Under the pieces are notes generated by a model. That model made no database searches. It was not told the origin of the DNA and saw nothing but the letters and a program-made list of their open reading frames with translations. Below are positions 1-6,348 of a DNA stretch of 10,104 nucleotides, piece after piece. How positions within the stretch are numbered: position 1 is the stretch's first letter; the number at the start of each line of letters is the position of its first letter. Origin of the DNA: Candidatus Bathyarchaeia archaeon (GTDB lineage Archaea; Thermoproteota; Bathyarchaeia; Bathyarchaeales; Bathycorpusculaceae); contig JBEKXL010000036.1 in assembly GCA_049512075.1 (NCBI GenBank), positions 1-10,104 of the forward strand, read 5' to 3'. The translations under genes were made by a program, and so were the position numbers.

Positions 1-42
1 CAACGTTTGCTGAGACCGTGCCACTTTCTTTCTTTTTTCCAT
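1..42 (-). CDS. Possible 5' end of a gene running off the left edge (MEKRKKVARSQQTL...)
   Basis: ATG at 42-40 followed by 13 open codons to the window edge, downstream of alba on the same strand. Too short to identify. Confidence 0.25.
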   Translation of the reverse strand, partial: MEKRKKVARSQQTL

Positions 43-205
43 CTTTTCTGTCTCTATCATATGGAGTAGGGTCATAACAGATAACCTTCACAAAACGCAA
101 TTCCTCATATTACGCGTCAGAATTTGAACGATTTGATTGTTAGTCCACAGTGCGCGCTAGAAGGAAGGATATTATCGGTTGACGCTTTGTTCAGCAGGGC
201 TTTTC

Positions 206-493
206 CTACTCTTTTGTAAGCGTTATTTCTATTGTTGAAACCATCCTTGCTCTGTTCTCGCCTTCTCTCGGTGGCATTTCCTCTGTTCCTATGGAGATTT
301 TGCTTACTTTTAGGTCTTTTAGGAAGCGATTTCTGGTTATTTCAGCCGCGTCAACTGCCGTGGTGATCGCTTGTCCTCTGGCCTTCAAGGTTATTTCTTT
401 AGCATTGCTCGCGGATAGGCTTGTGATAATCGCCATAACATAGTCCATTGGTGTTTTGCTTCCTATGAAAACTATTCCCGATTTTTCCGACAT
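206..493 (-). CDS. albA: Alba-family DNA/RNA-binding chromatin protein
   Basis: 95 aa with Alba hallmarks: VFIGSK..MDYV, ITLKARGQAITTAVDAAEI, ISIGTEE, VSTIEITL. Confidence 0.95.
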   Translation of the reverse strand: MSEKSGIVFIGSKTPMDYVMAIITSLSASNAKEITLKARGQAITTAVDAAEITRNRFLKDLKVSKISIGTEEMPPREGENRARMVSTIEITLTKE

Positions 494-595
494 TTTCCAT
501 CACATCTTTCATCATTGATTGTAACGTGTAACGTTGCTGTGTTCTTCTCGTCCTTCAACAACAGAACGCTACTGCCCCATAATGCGCAAACCTCC

Positions 596-602
596 TTATA
601 AA
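596..602 (-). promoter_or_regulatory. Probable TATA box of the alba promoter
   Basis: TTTATAA on the minus strand ~100 nt upstream of the alba ATG, implying a leader of roughly 80 nt. Confidence 0.5.
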
Positions 603-1060
603 CCGATTAAACAACAGAGCATCGTGAGGATATTTTCGTGCGGCTCCCTTGCCCCAGATTCCGGTTTTAGGCGCAGCATTCACTTCGCATTTAAGTGATG
701 CGTTATGATTCGGTGCAGAAAACTTGTATATGCCTTTTCAAACCTGCGCCTTTAAAAGCTGGCTATTTTTGCGAGAACGAAGTTGAAATTGCAGAATTTA
801 AGAGTTTTGACGTTTGCAAGATTTTTGGCTTCAGCGCGTGCATTCTTATAGCTTTCTTAGGATGGAAAGGGTTAATCGCCTTGAGCGCTACCAAGTAGGG
901 GAGCAAAAGAGCCTCAAAAAAGAGCTTGAAGAGGCCACATCTATTAGGGTGATATACAGGGGAAGCAGAGACTGGCGAATGGAAATTCGAGAGTGGTATT
1001 CCAGATATTCTCTTCTGGCGGAGTTCGTCTGCGCGCTGTCTAAACGGAGGCGCTTCAAAA

Positions 1061-1558
1061 CTGTTCATTGCGGATGACGAGACGCTAAAGAAGGTGGCCG
1101 CGTTGTTCGGAGAGGATGCTGTGAGAGTAGTTGAGGTCCTCAAAGGGGTTCACGAGATTACAGATAATGAGATAGCGGATAAAACCCAAATACGCCTCAA
1201 CCTGGTTCGCAAGGCAGTCTACAGGCTCTACGACCACTCCATCGGGGCCCTCAGGCGATGCCGCGACAAAGAAACAGGCTGGTTTGTCTTCAACTGGAGA
1301 CTCCAACCAGACCAACTGGAAGGCTTTATCCTAAACCAAAAGCGCCGTGTTCTCGAAAAACTGGAAACCCGACTTGAATACGAGAAAAGCCACGAGTTCT
1401 ACACCTGCCAAACGCTAGACTGCAAGCGATATCCCTTCGAGGAGGCGTTTGAGCTTCTCTTTAAGTGTCCCGCTTGCAACAAACCAATGATCCACATCAA
1501 CAACGACTTGAGTGCTGAAATCCTAACCAGAAAAATTGAACAAATAAAGGTTCTGTGA
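1061..1558 (+). CDS. tfe: Transcription initiation factor E alpha subunit (TFE), probably starting at CTG 1061
   Basis: Winged-helix part (ITDNEIADKTQIRLNLVRKAVYRLY, RDKETGWFVFNW) plus Zn ribbon (FYTCQTLDC..FEEAFELLFKCPACNKPM). The frame is open upstream of GTG 1094 to CTG 1061, with GGAGG at 1046-1050. Confidence 0.92.
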   Translation: MFIADDETLKKVAALFGEDAVRVVEVLKGVHEITDNEIADKTQIRLNLVRKAVYRLYDHSIGALRRCRDKETGWFVFNWRLQPDQLEGFILNQKRRVLEKLETRLEYEKSHEFYTCQTLDCKRYPFEEAFELLFKCPACNKPMIHINNDLSAEILTRKIEQIKVL

Positions 1559-1661
1559 GAGTTGAAATGTTAGAGAATTGTTCTATCCCGCATTTGCCAA
1601 GCATTACTGAAACCATTCTATCTTATGTTGTACCTTCATCAAAGAATGTAGGGGCTATTGA

Positions 1662-1798
1662 TTGAGAGATCCTGTGTGCGGCACTGTGCTCGACGAAAAA
1701 ACAGCAAAATTCAAGATAAATTTCTAGAGACATACTACTTCTGCTCTGCGAGTTGCAAGAAAAAATTCAAATGCCATCCAAAGAAGTTCGCTAAATAA
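1662..1798 (+). pseudogene. YHS/TRASH-type metal-binding microprotein, frameshifted
   Basis: TTG start gives MRDPVCGTVLDEKTAKFKINF* (TAG 1725-1727). A second frame from 1727 gives ETYYFCSASCKKKFKCHPKKFAK*. DPVCG...YYFCS..C is the YHS signature. Confidence 0.85.
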
Positions 1799-1923
1799 TT
1801 TACGCCTCAAATCTGCGCATGCATTCTAAGCTGTAGCAGTCAAATCTAACTACACAACACGGAGACTTTCAGCGGCTTCACCAAACTATCGTTTCCTTTA
1901 ATGTAAAGGCATCCCGAAAATGT

Positions 1924-1938
1924 GAAAAAAAGGAGAAT
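1924..1938 (-). terminator. Oligo-T terminator candidate for the lysine-rich microprotein
   Basis: TTCTCCTTTTTTTC-type pyrimidine run on the minus strand ~25-35 nt after the stop at 1961. Confidence 0.4.
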
Positions 1939-1960
1939 AACCTATATCTTTGTTAGCTCT

Positions 1961-2017
1961 CTACCTAGTTTTCTTTTTACTTCCTTTTTTCTTCTTTCCG
2001 GTTGGACTCTTAGACAC
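1961..2017 (-). CDS. 18-aa lysine-rich microprotein MSKSPTGKKKKGSKKKTR
   Basis: GTG start with GAGGT Shine-Dalgarno at 2028-2024, an (AT)n TATA-like element at 2054-2063 and a T-rich tract downstream. Confidence 0.6.
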   Translation of the reverse strand: MSKSPTGKKKKGSKKKTR

Positions 2018-2052
2018 GTCGAGACCTCAAATCTATAATATTCAGCGATTTC

Positions 2053-2064
2053 CATATATATATG
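2053..2064. promoter_or_regulatory. Palindromic TATA-like element CATATATATATG, possibly bidirectional
   Basis: Lies between the divergent microprotein gene (-) and the structured element (+). Spacing to the microprotein RBS fits an archaeal TATA box. Confidence 0.45.
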
Positions 2065-2132
2065 ATTTCGTATGCACTCGTTATCTTAACACATCATCCA
2101 AAATCTGTCCCAAACATGGTCATTAACAGTAC

Positions 2133-2176
2133 TTGAACCCAATTGGGTATGGGGACGGGCAGCCCCATTATCGGAC
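2133..2176 (+). repeat. Dispersed hairpin repeat, copy A
   Basis: 37/44 identical to the reverse complement of 4739-4782. Contains the palindrome ACCCAATTGGGT and the stem ATGGGG-acgggcag-CCCCAT (2149-2168). Confidence 0.9.
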
Positions 2177-2547
2177 CTGAACCCTTCTGAGCATAAGTAC
2201 GATGGAAGCCTAAACATTTCCAGGTATTAGTCCACCTGCGAAGCGTGCGCTCTCAGAGAAGTGACTTAGGTACAGGCAACTTGGAGAGCATATCCTGTTA
2301 CCAAGGACTCTTTCTAGGTGCCAACTTTCTTAAATGCCCCCAAGCTAGGCAAGCTTTACTCCTGCACGTTTCCTCAAAAGGAAAGAGAGGGTTTCCAACG
2401 ATCCAACCCTGTAGCAAACTGACAGGCACCAGTTGCATTTGTTGGATTGAACCGGGAAACCCATCCAAGGCTGAAGGGTTCCTAAATAAAAGTGTTCCTA
2501 AGAGCACGCTAATTCCCTCGAAACAGAGCTAGGTCTTCTTTCTTTTC
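2149..2547 (+). ncRNA. Candidate large structured non-coding RNA, family unassigned
   Basis: No convincing ORF. Many helices: 2179-2187/2473-2481, 2242-2248/2504-2510, 2265-2270/2497-2502, 2389-2396/2455-2462, 2400-2407/2441-2448, 2369-2374/2379-2384, 2203-2208/2217-2222. G-U pairs favour the + strand. Ends in a pyrimidine tract. Confidence 0.6.
2534..2547 (+). terminator. Pyrimidine-rich archaeal terminator candidate
   Basis: TCTTCTTTCTTTTC immediately after the structured region. Confidence 0.45.
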
Positions 2548-2570
2548 AAAACAACATAGGCGGTGACTGA

Positions 2571-2861
2571 ATGAACCTAAAGAAAGCACTGCCAACAATC
2601 ACGGTTATTCTAGCTGTGATTGCACCAGGATTCTTAGCAGTCAGCGCAGCGATCGACAACGTCAGCCTTAACGCGCGCGCCTGGCACGTCAAATTCAATG
2701 TTCACTATATATTTAACGTGGACTATTCTGGCTCGACTTATCACTTTTTCCTGGTCTTTGCCAAAGCTCGCCCATTGATTATGAGCGTGGGTATCCACTA
2801 TAATGTTTCGCCTTTCCTGCGCGCTCATCACTTTAGCCAAATATTAATCTGCGTAGTTTAA
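2571..2861 (+). CDS. Hypothetical small secreted or membrane-anchored protein
   Basis: GGTGA RBS at 2562-2566. The N-terminus MNLKK + hydrophobic stretch + AVSA resembles a signal peptide. The C-terminal end is uncertain. Confidence 0.6.
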   Translation: MNLKKALPTITVILAVIAPGFLAVSAAIDNVSLNARAWHVKFNVHYIFNVDYSGSTYHFFLVFAKARPLIMSVGIHYNVSPFLRAHHFSQILICVV

Positions 2862-2905
2862 GATTAGTAGTAAAAATGTGTAGACGAAAATTTGGAGGAA
2901 AAGCC

Positions 2906-3554
2906 ATGACAAAGAAGTTGTTTTGGGAGAATCAATATCAAGTTGAGTTCGATGCAACCATAACTAAGATTATTGGAAACAGTGTTGTTCTAGATGCTAC
3001 AGGTTTTTATCCGCAAGGCGGAGGCCAGGTTGGGGACACAGGATACCTTAATGGAATCAGGGTAGTTGACACACAACCAGGCGAAGAAACAGACATCGCT
3101 CACATTCTTGAAATAAGGCCGCTTTTCAGTGTTGGGGCCTTAGTTCATGGGAAAATAGATTGGGAAAGAAGGTATAAGATAATGAGGCTGCACTCTGCGG
3201 CTCACATAGTCTATTTTCTCATGCAAGAGGTTTTTGGAGAAGATTGCAAACCAGCCTCTTCAGGTCTTTTGGACGAAGAGAAAGAGAGGTCAGATTATCT
3301 CTTCGAAGAGAAGTTAGACGAGGAAAAACTCAAGTTGGTTGAAGAGATTACCAATCAAATCATAAAAAAAGGGCTATGAGATCAAAACATGGAGTGAGAA
3401 CGGCAAAAAATATTGGAAAATGGAGCTCTTTCCCGCAATGAAATGTGGAGGGACCCATGTTAAAGATTCGAGTGAAATCGGGGAGATTAAAGTAAAAAGA
3501 GGAAAGAAACCCGGAAAGGGAAAGGAAAGAATAGAGATTAGCCGATTACCATAA
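2906..3554 (+). pseudogene. alaX: AlaX (AlaXp-M type) free-standing alanyl-tRNA editing protein, split by a +1 frameshift
   Basis: GGAGG RBS then ATG 2906. Motifs LDATGFYPQGGGQVGDTG and RRYKIMRLHSAAH (HxxxH). The CGGTHV Zn motif and GKGKERIEI end lie in the +1 frame (3372-3554) after the A7G3 run at 3364-3373. Confidence 0.9.
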
Positions 3555-3717
3555 GTTTGAGCGTGACCGCATCTTCCTGACGTTTTGTATGTAGCGCGTT
3601 AAGTTGCCAGATCAATTGACGATTTCATACCAACTATTTATCACAGAAAATTGATAGTTCAAATTCCACGAGCTGTCTGACTGGATTGAGATGATGCTGG
3701 ACATTAAGACGTTGCTT

Positions 3718-4543
3718 TTACTGAATTTCACCCCGTTGTCTCCGCAGGGTATCGCTTTCCAAGATTTCTTTTAGGTAATTTACAGGTGTTATAGCCGCAA
3801 TTCCTATGTGATACCTTATTTCGCTGGGCCCATAATGTCCTTTCATGATTCCGAGCAAAAAGTATCTCTCTGGGCCCACCACTAGCTGGTTTGATCTTCT
3901 TGTAGGGCCAAATTTCAAAAAGACAGGCGAACCACTATTTCCCCCAAATGGGAAGCACTCAGCGAAATGGAACTTTGTGCTTCCTTCCGGCATTGGAATG
4001 TCTTCCTCAGACATAAGAGCAAGTTTCCCAAATCTAATGACAGGATTATTTCGTCTTTCTTGTTGTATTTCGGGAGTAAAACATGGGAAAAATATCTCGT
4101 CACCTTCAGCAACTCCTTCTCTTTGAATGACTTCATCGGTAGCGAACATCGTTGCTGGAATTGAGCTAAATTCGTATGTTTCAAGATTCTGGAACCTTTG
4201 GATGAGTGCAAGGTCAACAGCAGGATTGGAATGAACAGTCCATTGCAGGTTCCCTTCTCCGTCTAATATAGGCAATCTAAGAAAACTGACTCCCGCCTGG
4301 TTACTGCTCGAGGACCAGCCTTTCAGATTTACTCTTAAGAATATTTCTGCAAGGTATTTTCCTGGGTTATCTTTTAGCACATGTGTTGCCGTCACGAAGT
4401 ATGGCCAAATTACGTTTTTATTTATATGGTGAGGAACGGAGACAAAAAAAACCAGTGCCCAGAGGATGAACGCCATGAACTTCACCTGAATAAATATAGA
4501 CCACAGTTTTCTTGATAGCACCTATTTCTGAAATAACAGACAT
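3718..4543 (-). pseudogene. Trypsin-like (S1) serine protease, frameshifted near the N-terminus
   Basis: Catalytic triad motifs FVTATHVL, VDLALI and GGNSGSPVF. Removing one base from the A8 run at 4444-4451 restores MSVISEIGAIKKTVVYIYSGEVHGVHPLGTGFFVSV from ATG 4543, including the typical GTGF motif. Confidence 0.85.
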
Positions 4544-4738
4544 TAAGCATCTGCAGTCCTAAGAACAAGATTGCTAAAAAGCTTTTCTCAACCAACACTC
4601 TTCCAAAGTTTGATTGAGAGGTCCCCCAAATTGTCGCAACTTGATTTACTTTAAAACAGTCTAGAATCTTTCTCATAACCTCGTCTTTAATGTTTAAGTT
4701 GAAACTTATTTTCCTCTCCGCTATATTCGTGTGTGTAC

Positions 4739-4782
4739 GTCCCATGATGGGGGTGCCCGTCCCCATGCCCAAATGGTTTAAA
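4739..4782 (-). repeat. Dispersed hairpin repeat, copy B (inverted relative to A, truncated)
   Basis: Minus strand TTTAAACCATTTGGGCATGGGGACGGGCACCCCCATCATGGGAC is 37/44 identical to 2133-2176. Similarity ends after GGAC. Confidence 0.9.
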
Positions 4783-5054
4783 CCCGATCTCTATGACCCT
4801 GCCCCCTACCAGGCTAGGGCAACCCCTTTTGTCGCTCATAAATAACTGCTCAGCCCCAAGTTCAGAGGCCCTCCAGGAATTCTCCATGGAACCCGACATG
4901 GCAAAATGGATGGCTTGGAACACGAGTGCAATTAAATTAGCCATGAGTCTTGAAGAAAGCATGAAACTACTAAAATAAGCCAAACACGCGTGTGCATATT
5001 TGATTTGAAGCCTAAATATGACTTGAATGTACAAGACGGTGGAGAGAATATTAG

Positions 5055-5336
5055 ATGGTTGGGTTTATGGCATCTTTACCTGCAAAGTGGGCAGAGTATT
5101 TGAAACGTTTAGCCGACGATCACGAAATTAACCTAAACAACGTGATCAGTGAACTGTGCGAATGGGCCTTTTCTGGTCCTGCGAGCAAGGAACAGTTTGA
5201 AGATTGGTTAGATGAGGCTTATCCGCCAAAAGGTGAAGCGGGAGGCAAAGCAAATGCTGCAAGAGAAGAAGCGGGCGAGATTGAAGAAGAAGAGGGAGAT
5301 GAAGCTGAAGAAGAATCCCACGAGCATAGAGATTAA
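5055..5336 (+). CDS. Hypothetical protein: ribbon-helix-helix-like N-terminus with an acidic C-terminal tail
   Basis: GGAG RBS at 5041-5044. FMASLPAKWAEYLKRLADDHEINLNNVISELCE fits a strand-helix-helix pattern, followed by a Glu-rich tail. Confidence 0.7.
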   Translation: MVGFMASLPAKWAEYLKRLADDHEINLNNVISELCEWAFSGPASKEQFEDWLDEAYPPKGEAGGKANAAREEAGEIEEEEGDEAEEESHEHRD

Positions 5337-5471
5337 AGTGTAGGTAAAGATCAAAGCGCAACAGCGTGATCCTAAGATAGTTTCATTATTTAGCAAGTTT
5401 TTTGTTTTGGAATGACCAGTGATGAGAGTTGAGCGTGCGAGGTGTGAAATCGGTCGAGCTGAAAAGAGCGT

Positions 5472-5729
5472 TTAGGTGCTAGTGACTATTTCTGCTCCTG
5501 CGGCTACAGGTCCTGATGTCGTGATTTTGATTCTTAAATGGTCTCCGGGCTTTGCGTTACCAACGAAAACTGGGAAACCCTTGATTCTGGCTATGCCTTC
5601 CCCTTGAGGGCTTGTTTCGATTATATCCACTTCGTATTCTTTTCCAGTCTCAACTGGGCAGTTCTCAACGCCTCTGCCACGTTTGCTCTTGGCATTTCTC
5701 GGGCTTCTTTTTCGCGGGCTCATTGGCAT
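5472..5729 (-). CDS. Stand-alone TRAM-domain RNA-binding protein with a basic N-terminal tail
   Basis: PVETGKEYEVDIIETSPQGEGIARIKGFPVFVGNAKPGDHLRIKIT...AEIV matches archaeal single-TRAM proteins. Confidence 0.92.
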   Translation of the reverse strand: MPMSPRKRSPRNAKSKRGRGVENCPVETGKEYEVDIIETSPQGEGIARIKGFPVFVGNAKPGDHLRIKITTSGPVAAGAEIVTST

Positions 5730-6002
5730 CTTCCTTTTTCTGCTTTTATGATGATATGATTATCGTCCCTCAGTGGCTTAAGTGTTCCGCATTTTACTGC
5801 TCGCGCTAACCCAATTGAAAGTGCAATAATCTATCTAAAGTCCATATTCAGGAACGGCCCCCAATCTTCTTTCGTTTGCAATTGAGACGAAAATTCAAAA
5901 CCCACATACCTCCAACAGAAGACATACGCCGAAGAGAAGAGAAACGCCTAAACAGTCACAGCAAAACAGAAAAAAGGGAAAGACGCGGGAGATATCTCCA
6001 CG

Positions 6003-6034
6003 CGATCCTGGGTTCAAATCCCAGCGGCTCCGCC
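6003..6034 (+). other. Orphan tRNA 3' portion (T arm + acceptor 3' strand)
   Basis: CTGGG-TTCAAAT-CCCAG T arm at 6008-6024 followed by CGGCTCC-G-CC. No GGAGCCG 5' acceptor strand or D arm at the expected upstream position. Confidence 0.75.
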
Positions 6035-6057
6035 TCTACACGATGTACGATTAACTG

Positions 6058-6185
6058 ATAAGGATCCCAAGTGGGCCAGCAGCCTTATGAGAATTTTGCC
6101 CGTCAAAGAGTTGCGGTAATAATCCGGGCCCGAACCCTTTTGGGTTTAATTCCCTAGAGGTCTAATCTCTTTTGGGTATGGGCTT
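6058..6185 (+). ncRNA. Diverged structured repeat, copy C, homologous to 2149-2233
   Basis: 6125-6185 aligns to 2172-2233 (38/62 identical, one gap, mismatches mostly transitions). Stem ATAAGG/CCTTAT (6058-6063/6083-6088) corresponds to ATGGGG/CCCCAT. Confidence 0.6.
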
Positions 6186-6348
6186 AGCTAGATTTGCAAC
6201 TAGGTTGTCGTGGGCTGAGCACAGAAAAAATCGAAGTGCTTGGTGGAGGGATACGTGCGCATTAGCCAACATCGACGCGCTTGTTTCGAAAGTTTAAAAA
6301 AACACCGCGCGTGCTACACCTTATCAATCGTTTTAGGGTTTTTCAAAT

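Noticed and set aside
695-1315. Overlapping ORFs 695-898, 763-1143, 814-1077 and 1085-1315
   Set aside because: No recognisable motifs, and two are antisense to tfe. 814-1077 cannot be fully excluded but is unsupported.
2221-2250. Resemblance to a TPP riboswitch (CAGG..CCTGCG), a group I S element (TAGTCC) or a group II 5' end (GTGCG)
   Set aside because: The other required elements were not found: CTGAGA/ACCTGAT, the P7 partner GACTA, and domain V.
2245-2532. ORFs 2245-2532 (+) and 2298-2507 (-)
   Set aside because: No RBS or protein-like pattern. The region is better explained by base-paired structure.
3364-3373. AAAAAAG slippery site as a programmed -1 frameshift in alaX
   Set aside because: The downstream half needs a +1 shift, not -1.
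4482-5034. ORFs 4482-4772 (-), 4687-5034 (-) and 4793-4978 (+)
   Set aside because: They run through or beside repeat copy B and nearby hairpins and have no recognisable domain. At most 4560-4720 is a gene remnant.
5876-6058. 60-aa basic ORF, and the idea of a complete tRNA or tmRNA here
   Set aside because: The ORF reads through the tRNA-like arm and reflects purine-rich low complexity. There is no 5' acceptor strand, so no complete tRNA or tmRNA can be built.
6097-6104. TGCCCGTC is complementary to GACGGGCA, spanning the hairpin loop of copies A and B
   Set aside because: An 8-nt match is expected by chance at appreciable frequency in 10 kb.
6109-6201. Partial likeness of copy C to the c-di-AMP (ydaO) riboswitch (GTTGC, GAACC..TTTTGGG.TTAAT, GCAAC)
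   Set aside because: The 3' ACCCG.CAGCTAAC segment needed for the pseudoknot and second pocket is absent. A cmscan run would settle it.
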